From the IMG/VR virus record IMGVR_UViG_3300042892_003674: DNA of 64,000 nucleotides. One strand, given 5' to 3'. The DNA comes from a virus (lineage: Duplodnaviria; Heunggongvirae; Uroviricota; Caudoviricetes). A model generated the notes under the pieces. The model was not told the origin of the DNA, did not search any database, and was given only the letters and a program-made list of their open reading frames with translations. The position numbers and the translations under genes are program-made. This document shows positions 1 to 10,133 of this stretch, one piece after another; the stretch's first letter is position 1, and the number at the start of each line of letters is the position of its first letter.

Positions 1-537
1 AGTAATGAGACACGAAATAAAGTTAGTAAAAGAACTTTAGGATTATTAGAACATATTTTTTATATCTATGATGAGAATGAGTTCCAATCTAAATATAATT
101 CATTTTATAAGGATTTTGATTTATTTTTATCAAAACAGAATAAGAATTTTACTACAAGTGAAATAACAGAACTATTTTTTGATTATCAACAATGGAGTGA
201 AGATGGTATTTTTAGTTGGTATACCGTTGCTAGTGATTATAAATTTAATTTTGAAAGATTTGTTGATAAAGATGAGTTAAGAGTAGTATTTAATTATATT
301 ATTTTAGAGCAAGAAAGAAGAACATTTAAAAACCCTTATTTAGATTTTCTTAGTTATTTAGTTACAGATATAAAGAAAAATATAAAAATTAAGTTTAAAT
401 TATTCACTGATAAAGAAAAAATGGAAATAGAAAAAACTATTAGATTCTTTGAAAAAGATATAAATAGGAGAATACAGAAGTATAAAAAAAGAATGTCACG
501 TATAGTAACTTTAGCTTGTGAAAAATATGTAAAATAA
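1..537 (+). CDS. hypothetical protein, 5'-truncated by window edge
   Basis: Open frame 1 from base 1 to TAA at 535-537 (ends ...RIVTLACEKYVK), followed directly by a hairpin terminator; absent from ORF track. Confidence 0.75.
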   Translation, partial: SNETRNKVSKRTLGLLEHIFYIYDENEFQSKYNSFYKDFDLFLSKQNKNFTTSEITELFFDYQQWSEDGIFSWYTVASDYKFNFERFVDKDELRVVFNYIILEQERRTFKNPYLDFLSYLVTDIKKNIKIKFKLFTDKEKMEIEKTIRFFEKDINRRIQKYKKRMSRIVTLACEKYVK

Positions 538-563
538 AAAAGAGAACTAATGTTCTCTTTTTT
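536..563. terminator. bidirectional intrinsic terminator
   Basis: AAAAAAGAGAAC-TAAT-GTTCTCTTTTTT between convergent genes. Confidence 0.85.
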
Positions 564-564
564 A

Positions 565-1938
565 TTAATCTTCTAATCCTTCTGTTTTCTTTGTTGCAAT
601 TATATAATTAAAGTTACTTGATAAGTCAAACTTATATTTAGCACTTAACTTACCAGACATCTCACTACTAAATTTAATTACAATTGTCATATCTAATAAT
701 TTAGTTCCATCTAACTCTAATTTCATTTTGATTTTAAAGTCATTACTTTCTTCTTCTTCACTCACAGTAAAGTTTACATGATAGTCAAACTTAATAGTTA
801 AGTCATCATAATTTTTACGGAAGAAATCTCTCTCTGGTAAATAGTTGAATATGTTACCATTACTGCCTAAGTAATAAACTGGTCTTTCCATACAACCCAT
901 TTTCTCTACTAGAGTTTTAAATAATTTCATTTTAACCGCACCTTCTGCTTGTTTAAATCCGTCATCTAGTTTTTTAATATCATCTGCGAAATTGGATTTT
1001 AATGATGTTGTAAATAAGTTTTCAAGTATTTTAGAATTTAGGATAACAATCTTAGTTTCCATCCACTCAGAATAAACTCTTTCAGGGTCCATGAAACAAT
1101 TATCTCTGTTTTTCCATATTTCTGTCATCAGATCAGGAAATTTAAGAATATTTTTATTAAAGTCTTTAATAAATTCTCCTAAGTGTTTATATTTATGATC
1201 AGAATGTCTTAAATCAAAGTATTCAAAGTAACCTAAACTTTCTATTCTTTTAGGGTCAATGAACTTTTCAATATGTAATTGAATGTTTTTATTTGCATTC
1301 TCATATAAAATCTTAACCCATTCTTGAGTTAGTTTATCCCATTTAGGCAAGTATTCTTGCTTAAATAATAAATCTAAATCTTGTCCAATTAATTCATCTG
1401 CAAATGTATTAAATGATGCAGTCTTTTGAGAAGATAAGTTTTTATTTAAAAAGAAAGAATATTGTTTACCACTATTTAATTCAATGATAATATCTTCTTG
1501 ATGTTCATCATCTTTGTTTGGTCCTAACCAAAAAATTGTTTTAATATCATCTTTTGTTAGTTTATCATCTGGAATTAGTTTATCTATGATATTTCTTGCT
1601 GTAATACGTGCATTTACAAGAACGTTCCAATCTTTTTCAATGTCGAACTCAATTTCATCAAATAAACCATTTATTTTAGATGTTTCATCATCTTCTATAC
1701 ATCTATCTCCTTCAAACTTTCCTAATTGTAATCTGTTCTTAGCTAATAAAAGATTTTTTAAATCTGTTAAAAATATACTTGAGTTTTCTGAGTATCTTGC
1801 TTTTAAACCTCTGTCTAATATGTTATCTAAAAATTCATTGTTTATAAGTACCATACTAACACAGATTTCTGTGATGAGGTTCTTATTAGAATATGTCTTA
1901 GATTCTTTAAATATTTCAAAATTTCTTAACCACTTCAT
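565..1938 (-). CDS. hypothetical protein with N-terminal capsid-targeting-like leader; possible degenerate restriction-endonuclease-like fold
   Basis: 457 aa, starts MKWLRNFEIFKES; segment EDIIIELNSGKQYSFFLNK loosely resembles a PD-(D/E)xK core. Confidence 0.5.
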   Translation of the reverse strand: MKWLRNFEIFKESKTYSNKNLITEICVSMVLINNEFLDNILDRGLKARYSENSSIFLTDLKNLLLAKNRLQLGKFEGDRCIEDDETSKINGLFDEIEFDIEKDWNVLVNARITARNIIDKLIPDDKLTKDDIKTIFWLGPNKDDEHQEDIIIELNSGKQYSFFLNKNLSSQKTASFNTFADELIGQDLDLLFKQEYLPKWDKLTQEWVKILYENANKNIQLHIEKFIDPKRIESLGYFEYFDLRHSDHKYKHLGEFIKDFNKNILKFPDLMTEIWKNRDNCFMDPERVYSEWMETKIVILNSKILENLFTTSLKSNFADDIKKLDDGFKQAEGAVKMKLFKTLVEKMGCMERPVYYLGSNGNIFNYLPERDFFRKNYDDLTIKFDYHVNFTVSEEEESNDFKIKMKLELDGTKLLDMTIVIKFSSEMSGKLSAKYKFDLSSNFNYIIATKKTEGLED

Positions 1939-1954
1939 TTAATTGAGTTAATTT

Positions 1955-1974
1955 TTTTAATATATATATTAAAA
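1955..1974. promoter_or_regulatory. palindromic bidirectional phage (putative late) promoter
   Basis: Perfect 20-bp palindrome TTTTAATATATATATTAAAA between two divergent leader-bearing genes. Confidence 0.6.
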
Positions 1975-1996
1975 TTTATTATTCAAAAAGTAGAAA

Positions 1997-2632
1997 ATGA
2001 AATACTTAAAAAAATATAACTCTTACAAAGAATCCATCGTAATAGACTTAATGTTTCAAAATATGATTGAGCTATTAGAATCATTGACTATTTGGCACGA
2101 CGCACTTCTTAGTGCCATTGGTGCAGAAGAAGTTGATATTTTTAATACATTTCAGTTACCGGTACAGGAATATAAAGATAAATTAGATTTAGACTTTTTA
2201 GAAGATCATGTTGAGTTTATAAACTCTTTATCAAGTATAGCACTTAAAAAGTCTGTACTACAACACTCTGATGACTATTCCACTTTTATTAATAAACCCT
2301 GTAAGTTTATGTTTGTCTATGGCATCAATAGAAATGAACTAGAGAATCCAGAATACTTATTATTTCAATCTTGGCAAGAAACTTTAGAAAAATGGGATGA
2401 CGTTAAGCTTTTTAAAGTAAATGATGATGTTAAAAAGTTTTATGATAAGTTATCTTCTAGAACTATTGAATTGATAGATGGTGATGAGAATTACATTTAT
2501 ACAACTGCAAATGGTAATGAGTGGATTCTACAGAATATTGATAAAGAAAACGATATATATAAGAGAGTATTCAGAAAGGAAGAACTACAAGATTTCTTGT
2601 CTGAAAGAAATATAAAAGTAAATATATTATAA
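1997..2632 (+). CDS. hypothetical protein with capsid-targeting-like leader
   Basis: 211 aa, starts MKYLKKYNSYKES. Confidence 0.6.
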   Translation: MKYLKKYNSYKESIVIDLMFQNMIELLESLTIWHDALLSAIGAEEVDIFNTFQLPVQEYKDKLDLDFLEDHVEFINSLSSIALKKSVLQHSDDYSTFINKPCKFMFVYGINRNELENPEYLLFQSWQETLEKWDDVKLFKVNDDVKKFYDKLSSRTIELIDGDENYIYTTANGNEWILQNIDKENDIYKRVFRKEELQDFLSERNIKVNIL

Positions 2633-2633
2633 T

Positions 2634-5600
2634 ATGGCATTAATTAGTTTTGGATATAGAGTTGATATGTATGCAATCGCACCACCTACAGAATTAGGTG
2701 CGTATATTGTTGCATATGATTTAGATGGGATTTTAAAACAAAAAGATCACTTAGGTATTGTATCCTTAGTTGGTAGTGGAACCTCAGGATCATCAGGATC
2801 ATCAGGAACTTCAGGAGTCGATGGTATTGTTGGTGGTCAATTATTCTATTTTAATGAAAGTGTTGCTGGTTATACTGCATCATATAAAGAATTAGGAAAT
2901 AGTCCTGTTATATCTTCTGAAGAAATTGTTACAAAAACTTTAGCACCAACTGAATCAAATGTATTGATGAGTTCATATATATCTGATAGTTTAGGTCTAA
3001 CTGTAGTACCTGGTGGAGTTCAAAGATTTAGTTTACACTACTTAAAAGGCTCTAGTCAAAGTAATATATCTACTTATGCAGTCGTACAATTGGCAAATGA
3101 AAATGGTGATAAATATTATGACTTAGGTGCAACTCAAGCAATTGCTTATAGTAATACTCAAGAAATAGGCTGGCAAAATGGTAATGTAGTAAATATAAGT
3201 TTGGATATTATATCTATAACAACAGAAATATTAGAAACAGATAGAGTTGTAATATCTTTATATACAAATAACTTAGATACAACGACACAAAGTGTATCAT
3301 TTTATACAGAAGGTTCAAATAACTATTCATATGTGCAAACATCAACTGCAGTTGTACCAGGTCCACAAGGAGCAACTGGACATGGGGTAACTTCATCTTT
3401 TTATTTACAAGGAACTAATGACTATTCTTATGATACAACATCAGATATTTATAGAACTGGCTCACTTGCAATTGGTACAAGTGGATCTAGTACTTCAAAA
3501 CTACATGTTTACGCAACACAATCAGGTGCATTTAAACTAGAAGATGGAACTCAGGGAGATAGTTATATTTTAGTATCTGATACAAATGGTGTTGCCAATT
3601 GGACTGCATCAGTTCCTTTTCTTACAGGTAGTTATTCTGTTATAAAAACATTAGTAGATAACTCTCAATTAGTACCAGAAAAGCAATATGTTATCAATGA
3701 TTATGTACATAAATATTATATTGAGAATACTAATACTTCTAACATAAAAAACTATAAAACAGTAACATCTCGTATTTCCAACTTTCTTGTACTTGATGGT
3801 GATTATGAGTATGATTTAACAGTTGGTATGACAATTACTATTGAGTCATTACCAATTGGTTATTCTGGTTCTTTAATAGTTGGACAAACCACAACAGTAA
3901 CTGAAGCACCATCTTCTTATTATTTTAGATTTGCTAATGGTATGCATAGTACATCAACATCTATAGGTGTAGTAATATCATTTGGTTTACCAAGATTTAC
4001 AACATTAACTGGTTTAACTGGTACAACAGTATCAGATGCTAATTTAAAAGTAGTTATGAGACCAGGTGGTGTATTAAATACAGATGTTCATGATGGTACA
4101 ATCTATGGTGATATGTCTGCATTAGAAAATTTTGCACCACCTGCAGAAAAACTATTATTAAGAGCAAAAACAAGTAATACATTTTATGAAGAAGCAGAAA
4201 GTCTTACATTTAAAAATGATAAAGTTATTTATGATATAAATGACTCAAATGTTTTAAATGATAATTTAGAAGTAATTTCAACAAGAAATGGATTTATTAG
4301 TAGAAGATTTAATGATGTACTCAATATAGACATAGATAAAGATTGGAGAGCTCAAAAATACAGAAGATGGTTATTACCTACTGAATATAGAAGTAATTTG
4401 TTAAATTTAACACTAGGTACAAGTTCAACACTTAATTCACATCAAAATAAATATCTATACACAAGTGAATTATTAGGCACAGCATCAAGTAGTTATATGT
4501 ATTTAGGTAAATCATTAGAAACTACAGATGTTACATTAGGTGCATCAGGTAGTGTTATATCATATGGTATTACATTTTCTACAAATCAAATTAATTTTAA
4601 AGATTATCCTATATTCAAACTAAATTCTAGTTTAGAACCTGTAAATGTTTCAAAGGTAAAAATAGATAATTTAACTAATAGTGTATTTATTGGTAATACT
4701 ACAAATTTTAATTATAATTTATTTGTTGAATTTACTACATTGTCTTCATCTACATTTCAGGGCAATATAATTTTTTTTGGTACTAATATTACATTAAGTA
4801 ATGTAGAAGCATTATCTGATATAAATATAAAAGGAACTTTTGTATCACTTAGTAATGTTAATTTTTTATCAACAATAAGTGGTGGTCAAGTCAGTTATAC
4901 TACTATCAATAATAGTATTTTTGGTTCAATGAATTTTAATGTATTTTTAAGTGGTTATGGATCTTTACCTGCCAATACTCAAGTTAGATGGTTTACACTA
5001 TTTTTCTTTGATTCAACAATTCAAAATAGCGTGCTTGGTTGTGGAACTTCTACTTTAGAACTTGCTAATTCTACTCTAAATGGTATTACATTATTTAAGT
5101 ATGGTGGAACATTAGATATTAAAAATACTCAAATTGGAGACAACACAATACCAAATACAGTTCAATATAAGAGTTTACTAGTTCAAAATTATGTTATGAC
5201 AGATTCAAGATTATTTAATAAAGATATTTTAGTTACAAGTAATATAAATAATTTTATAGTAAAAACTGATAGAAATGGTATTTTATATTATGATAATATA
5301 GATATTGTAACAGGTTTACCAACTAAATTTTATTATAATGATACTACTAAACTATATACAACAACAATTAATAATGGAGAAGTAATATCAACATCTGTAG
5401 GTGCAACCGCATCTGTTGTAGTATATGATTATAGTTCAAGTAATTTATGGTATCATGGAACTGTATCGAATAACTTTACTGCAAACTTTACTAATCTACC
5501 CACAACAGATAATAGAGTATTATCGGCATCAATTATAATAAGTCAGGGATTGAATGCTTATATACCTAATGTAGTTCAAATTTCAGGAGTTACTCAGAGT

Positions 5601-5723
5601 ATTAAATGGCCAGGTGGAACTCAATCTGGAACGTCATATAATTTGGATATTGTAACTTTTAATTTTATTAGAACAAGTGGAAACTGGACTAGTATTATTG
5701 GACAAGTTGCATCATTCACATAA
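2634..5723 (+). CDS. tail fibre / virion adhesin-like protein
   Basis: 1029 aa, Ser/Thr/Gly/Asn-rich; GTSGSSGSSGTSG and GPQGATG collagen-like linkers; C-terminal ...IKWPGG...DIVTF domain typical of phage fibres. Confidence 0.7.
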   Translation: MALISFGYRVDMYAIAPPTELGAYIVAYDLDGILKQKDHLGIVSLVGSGTSGSSGSSGTSGVDGIVGGQLFYFNESVAGYTASYKELGNSPVISSEEIVTKTLAPTESNVLMSSYISDSLGLTVVPGGVQRFSLHYLKGSSQSNISTYAVVQLANENGDKYYDLGATQAIAYSNTQEIGWQNGNVVNISLDIISITTEILETDRVVISLYTNNLDTTTQSVSFYTEGSNNYSYVQTSTAVVPGPQGATGHGVTSSFYLQGTNDYSYDTTSDIYRTGSLAIGTSGSSTSKLHVYATQSGAFKLEDGTQGDSYILVSDTNGVANWTASVPFLTGSYSVIKTLVDNSQLVPEKQYVINDYVHKYYIENTNTSNIKNYKTVTSRISNFLVLDGDYEYDLTVGMTITIESLPIGYSGSLIVGQTTTVTEAPSSYYFRFANGMHSTSTSIGVVISFGLPRFTTLTGLTGTTVSDANLKVVMRPGGVLNTDVHDGTIYGDMSALENFAPPAEKLLLRAKTSNTFYEEAESLTFKNDKVIYDINDSNVLNDNLEVISTRNGFISRRFNDVLNIDIDKDWRAQKYRRWLLPTEYRSNLLNLTLGTSSTLNSHQNKYLYTSELLGTASSSYMYLGKSLETTDVTLGASGSVISYGITFSTNQINFKDYPIFKLNSSLEPVNVSKVKIDNLTNSVFIGNTTNFNYNLFVEFTTLSSSTFQGNIIFFGTNITLSNVEALSDINIKGTFVSLSNVNFLSTISGGQVSYTTINNSIFGSMNFNVFLSGYGSLPANTQVRWFTLFFFDSTIQNSVLGCGTSTLELANSTLNGITLFKYGGTLDIKNTQIGDNTIPNTVQYKSLLVQNYVMTDSRLFNKDILVTSNINNFIVKTDRNGILYYDNIDIVTGLPTKFYYNDTTKLYTTTINNGEVISTSVGATASVVVYDYSSSNLWYHGTVSNNFTANFTNLPTTDNRVLSASIIISQGLNAYIPNVVQISGVTQSIKWPGGTQSGTSYNLDIVTFNFIRTSGNWTSIIGQVASFT

Positions 5724-5736
5724 AATAATATTAATT

Positions 5737-6861
5737 ATGATTGGTAGAATATCCACACAGAATTTACACTATAATGCCAAACCAGTAGCACCACCTACAG
5801 ACTTTTTAATATCTGCTTTAGTTAATAGTAGTAGTTTATTCTATCTATCTAATACATTTAGCTATATAGACCTACAACCTTACTTTAATATATCAATTAC
5901 TAATAGTAATGAGATATTTAGAAACAATAATGACCTATACATAACAGGTAACTTTGGAACACAATCTTATATTTTTAAATTAAAAGATTGTAAACTAATT
6001 AAAAACAGATTACTATTTCAAGGGGTAGAAGAAAAATCAATTGGTGGTTATATTACATATATACACGGTATGACTCTTTTGGATGATCATATATACCTAT
6101 CGTCGAGAGCACCTGGATCACCACCAATGACAATTGCAAAAATAAATTCTAATAATTTAGAGGATATCACAACATTAAATTTATCAATGAATGGTGGTAC
6201 AAATGATATAATCGGGTATAAAAATAATTTATATGTATTGGCAGCACCTAGTTCTACTAGTCCTGCCTCTTTTATTAGAATATCACCAGATTTGGCAACA
6301 TATAGTGTTTTATGCGTGACTGGGACATCTTCATCACCATCCAGAAGGGTAAGAATAACTTCTGCATTTTCTATTTATAATGATGAGATTTACATACCCA
6401 TCGCAAATAATACATCCGGTGGTTCGGGTAATAATCAAATAGGTATGCAAGTTTTCAATCTAAGTGGTGTTTTACAAAGATCAATTTATAATGTGCCTAT
6501 AAATAGTACTGCTAGTTTAGTACCACTACCTCACTGGATGGCATTTTATAAGAATAAACTAATAATAAGTAATGCTACTATGACTGGAACATCTTCACAT
6601 AGAAGTTTAGTTAGAATGGATCCTACTACTTTGGCGGTTGAAGAGTCAATACAAGTTCCATTTTTAGTAACAGATGATAATAGTATATTTTCAGATGATT
6701 ATATTTATCTAAATGGTGAATTACCATCATCTTACTCACTTGTACCACCAGTTCCAGGACTTGCAAAGATAAGATATGATAATTTTACTGATTTCACAAT
6801 ACCAATATCACCAATTGGACCAAGTGGATCATATGGAAGTATAAATCCTTTGGTAGTTTAA
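5737..6861 (+). CDS. putative beta-propeller virion protein
   Basis: ATG at 5737 (MIGRIST...) preferred to the overlapping GTG at 5677; repeated short beta strands (LYIT, IYLS, LYVL, IYIP, IYLN); follows the fibre gene. Confidence 0.5.
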   Translation: MIGRISTQNLHYNAKPVAPPTDFLISALVNSSSLFYLSNTFSYIDLQPYFNISITNSNEIFRNNNDLYITGNFGTQSYIFKLKDCKLIKNRLLFQGVEEKSIGGYITYIHGMTLLDDHIYLSSRAPGSPPMTIAKINSNNLEDITTLNLSMNGGTNDIIGYKNNLYVLAAPSSTSPASFIRISPDLATYSVLCVTGTSSSPSRRVRITSAFSIYNDEIYIPIANNTSGGSGNNQIGMQVFNLSGVLQRSIYNVPINSTASLVPLPHWMAFYKNKLIISNATMTGTSSHRSLVRMDPTTLAVEESIQVPFLVTDDNSIFSDDYIYLNGELPSSYSLVPPVPGLAKIRYDNFTDFTIPISPIGPSGSYGSINPLVV

Positions 6862-6879
6862 ATATATTTAGTAAATGAT

Positions 6880-7485
6880 TTATTGTAGTCTCATTCTAAT
6901 GAATTGAATCATCATTTCAAGTTTTTCTTTTTCTCCGGTAGTATTTATCCACTGCCAAGTAAAAGTACTTTCTAAGAACTCAATTCTTCTTTTTAAGTCA
7001 TTTATCTTAGATTCTATTATTTGATTATCCTCGTCATCTAAATCATAATCTATATCTAGTTCAGTACAAACTTTATATAGTCCGATTTTGTCGTTGTTAT
7101 CATAGCATTTAGTTGCCACTAAATAAAGATCATTTAGTCCTTTTTGATCAACTTTATCAGGATGTGTTAGTTTAACAATTTCCCGGTAAAGTTTTTTTAC
7201 TTTTGGTAGTTTAGTTTCTATTATCTCTTGTTCAACTACTTCTTCCTCTTCAAATAATTCAATTACTTCTTCAGTATTTTTAAGAATACTTTGTTGAATA
7301 TGTGTATCTATTTTCTCATCATAGATTTCTTTAAGTTGTGGATGTTCTTCTAAGAAGTTGTTTATTTTTGTAATAAACTCAGAATCAGCTTCACTGATTA
7401 TTTCGTTTCGATACTCAAAATCAGATTCCATATATTCTAATTCTTTAAATAACTTTTTAGTTTGTAAGTATTGTAAACGATTCAT
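6880..7485 (-). CDS. J-domain (DnaJ-type) co-chaperone-like protein
   Basis: VKKLYREIVKLTHPDK = J-domain helix II plus HPD motif. Confidence 0.8.
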   Translation of the reverse strand: MNRLQYLQTKKLFKELEYMESDFEYRNEIISEADSEFITKINNFLEEHPQLKEIYDEKIDTHIQQSILKNTEEVIELFEEEEVVEQEIIETKLPKVKKLYREIVKLTHPDKVDQKGLNDLYLVATKCYDNNDKIGLYKVCTELDIDYDLDDEDNQIIESKINDLKRRIEFLESTFTWQWINTTGEKEKLEMMIQFIRMRLQ

Positions 7486-7541
7486 AAACTATATATTCTA
7501 AAGTTATCTTTTGATTTGAAAATATTTATATATAGTTTATG
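7483..7541. promoter_or_regulatory. divergent promoter pair, 14-bp inverted repeat ATATATAGTTTATG
   Basis: 7483-7496 and 7528-7541 are exact reverse complements, each ending in the start ATG of a divergent gene. Confidence 0.65.
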
Positions 7542-8027
7542 GAAAAATTCAATCTTATAGATTTATATAAAATTAAAAGTCGATTGATTAAAGAATCGAT
7601 GACAACTGAGCCTTTGTGGTTTGAAGTTTTGGAATCAATTAAGTTGATTGAAGATAGAATTTTTGAAGATACTTCTGCAACTGGTGGCCCAGTTGTTGGT
7701 GGAGGTGGTGGAATGACTGGTAATCCTATTTCATTAGGAAAAACTCCACTTGGTCCTAAATGGGCATCAGGTGGTGGAGATGATAAAGGTTATATAAACA
7801 TTCCTTATAATCCAGGTGGTGCTGATAGAATGATGCAAAGAGTTCCTGTAATGGGTACGGGTCATGGTCCAAGAACTGGTAAGAAAACAAGAGAGAAAAG
7901 ATTAGACATAAATGCAATTAGAAAGTCTTTAGCACAAAGAAAAGATTTCCAAAGAAAAGAAGGTGAGAAAAAAGTTATGGATTTTGATAACTTCACTAAA
8001 GATGAAGTAAATACTATTAAGAAATGA
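7539..8027 (+). CDS. hypothetical Gly-rich protein, possibly head-associated
   Basis: 162 aa; IKES / IFED sites and C-terminal KKVMDFDNF resemble the leader motif. Confidence 0.45.
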   Translation: MEKFNLIDLYKIKSRLIKESMTTEPLWFEVLESIKLIEDRIFEDTSATGGPVVGGGGGMTGNPISLGKTPLGPKWASGGGDDKGYINIPYNPGGADRMMQRVPVMGTGHGPRTGKKTREKRLDINAIRKSLAQRKDFQRKEGEKKVMDFDNFTKDEVNTIKK

Positions 8028-8728
8028 GAAAAGTAAAAAGTTATGAAGACTTCTTAAATGAAGAAATCAATTTAAAGAAAGTTTTAGTTGGTGGTGCTTT
8101 AGCGGCAAGTTTAGCTGCATGTGGACCAAATGATAATAAAAGGTCGATTGATATTGAACCTTATGGAACTGAAAGAGTTCAAGAGGTAAAAACTTTTGAC
8201 CAAATTCCAACTACGTTTAATATGGATCAAGAACTACTTACTTTTGGAATGGATATGAATATTACTTCGGGTGGTGACACTTATGGTAAGATAGAAGAAA
8301 GAACTATGAATTGGGGAAGAACATTTGAATTATTTGATAATTCAAATAATAAAATTGCAACAGCTAATGAGGAAGTTCTTAGTTTATATACTGATATAAA
8401 AATTAAGGATGAAAACGGTAAACTTATAGGCTCATTAGAACAAGAAATTATGGATTCAATGTTCTCAATATATTCTATCTATTCGATCAAAGATGCTCAC
8501 GGTAAGGTAATTGGTAAATCAGAGAAGTTAGACTTCTTTACAACTGAGATTGATATAGTTGATAATTCTGGAAATTCGTTAGTTAGTCTAGATAAAGAAT
8601 TTATGTCTATTGGAGATTCTTGGAGTGTTAAGACAAATGGAACACTTGATAATAGGATAGTTGTTTTCATACCTGCATTTGTGAGTGCTGCTCAAGCTGA
8701 TAAAGCATCTGAAAAAAATGATAAATAA
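8024..8728 (+). CDS. LURP-one/scramblase (tubby-C-like) domain lipoprotein with capsid-targeting-like leader
   Basis: MRKVKSYEDFLNEE leader, then KKVLVGGALAASLAAC lipobox; repeated 'F/I-x-I-x-D-xx-G-x-x-I-G' strands and C-terminal helix typical of the LOR/scramblase fold. Confidence 0.65.
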   Translation: MRKVKSYEDFLNEEINLKKVLVGGALAASLAACGPNDNKRSIDIEPYGTERVQEVKTFDQIPTTFNMDQELLTFGMDMNITSGGDTYGKIEERTMNWGRTFELFDNSNNKIATANEEVLSLYTDIKIKDENGKLIGSLEQEIMDSMFSIYSIYSIKDAHGKVIGKSEKLDFFTTEIDIVDNSGNSLVSLDKEFMSIGDSWSVKTNGTLDNRIVVFIPAFVSAAQADKASEKNDK

Positions 8729-9513
8729 TGAAACATTTAAGAACATATAAAACATTTGAAAAAAACACTATTAAAGGTGGTAAGTCTGATAACTTGTCTG
8801 TAGAAGATATTGCTAAAAAGTTTAATGTTCCGGTTTCCAAAATAAAAAATCAATTAGATTTAGGAATCAAAGTTGAATCCGAACATACTGATAGTAAAGA
8901 ACAACAAAGAGAGATTGCTATGGACCACTTAGCTGAAATTCCAGATTATTATGATAGATTAAAAAAGATGGAAGATCAAGGTGAGAAAACATTTGAAGAG
9001 ATACATATACACGATAGATGGGAACAACAATCTATTGAAGAAGAAGATATAAAACAATTCGCAGAAACTTTATTTGTAAATCTATTAGATGATGGATTCA
9101 CAGTAGAAACTAGTGTTATTTATAGTGAGTATTCACAAGTATCATTACCACATAAAACAAATGCCATAATGGATAATCCTAAGAAATATGTAGAATTAAG
9201 AATTAGAAACGTTTCTGGAAGTGCGGCAGGAGATTATGGTAGTGAATTTCTTTCAGGTGTTAAGTATTCATATATTTCAAATGAAGTACAAACATTTGTA
9301 GATTATATGAAACGTAAGTGGAAAATAATAGATGTTACTTATGAATATGAAGAACTATTACCAGATGAAAATATAGGTGCATATACTAAAGTAATAAAAA
9401 AATCAAAAGAACCTTCTAAAAATGCTGAATTTTTTAACGGTAAATTTAACTTAACAATTAAACAATTAGATAAAGAACCTAATATGTTCCAACGTTTCAT
9501 CAAAAGATTTTAA
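8728..9513 (+). CDS. DUF5661-like domain protein with capsid-targeting-like leader
   Basis: MKHLRTYKTFE; LDLGIKVESEH...IAMDHLAEIPDYYDRL motif. Confidence 0.6.
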   Translation: MKHLRTYKTFEKNTIKGGKSDNLSVEDIAKKFNVPVSKIKNQLDLGIKVESEHTDSKEQQREIAMDHLAEIPDYYDRLKKMEDQGEKTFEEIHIHDRWEQQSIEEEDIKQFAETLFVNLLDDGFTVETSVIYSEYSQVSLPHKTNAIMDNPKKYVELRIRNVSGSAAGDYGSEFLSGVKYSYISNEVQTFVDYMKRKWKIIDVTYEYEELLPDENIGAYTKVIKKSKEPSKNAEFFNGKFNLTIKQLDKEPNMFQRFIKRF

Positions 9514-9560
9514 AACTTTTTAACATTTTTCTTTTATAAATAAAAAATAGTATTATATTT

Positions 9561-10106
9561 ATGTCTGAAAAAACAGAAAAAGTCATTATACTTGGCAAAT
9601 CCGGTTCGGGGAAAGATTTCTTAATGAGAAAATTGACAGAGAAAGGTATGAAACCTTGTCTAAAGTGGACCACAAGACCTATAAGAAAATTTGAAAAACA
9701 AGGAGTAAATTATAATTTTGTAAATGAAGAGCTATTTCTTCAAACTATAAACGAAGATAAGTTTTTATCTTGTCAAAAATTTGAAGTAACCCCAGAAGAT
9801 TCAGAGCCACAAACTTGGTACTACGGTATTACCCTTGAAGAGTTTCATAAATCAGATATTTTTATTATGACACCTGGTGAGTTTAGAGATTTACCTGTAG
9901 AATTAAGAAAAGGTTGTTGTGTTGTTTATTTGAACATAGACAGAGAAACAAGAGAGAAACGACTACATAATAGGAAAGATAAAAATGATTCAATACAACG
10001 AAGATTAGACGCAGATGATGAAGATTTTAAAGAAAGTTTTGATTATGATTTAGGAATTACAGACCCCGACTTTGGAGCAGATGATGTTTATTCACTAATA
10101 GATTAA
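9561..10106 (+). CDS. gmk: guanylate kinase-like protein
   Basis: P-loop GKSGSGKD, TTRPIR, GVNYNFV, WYYG motifs. Confidence 0.85.
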   Translation: MSEKTEKVIILGKSGSGKDFLMRKLTEKGMKPCLKWTTRPIRKFEKQGVNYNFVNEELFLQTINEDKFLSCQKFEVTPEDSEPQTWYYGITLEEFHKSDIFIMTPGEFRDLPVELRKGCCVVYLNIDRETREKRLHNRKDKNDSIQRRLDADDEDFKESFDYDLGITDPDFGADDVYSLID

Positions 10107-10133
10107 AAAAGAGAGCAAATTGCTCTCTTTTTT
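10105..10133. terminator. bidirectional intrinsic terminator
   Basis: AAAAAAGAGAGCA-AAT-TGCTCTCTTTTTT between convergent genes. Confidence 0.85.
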
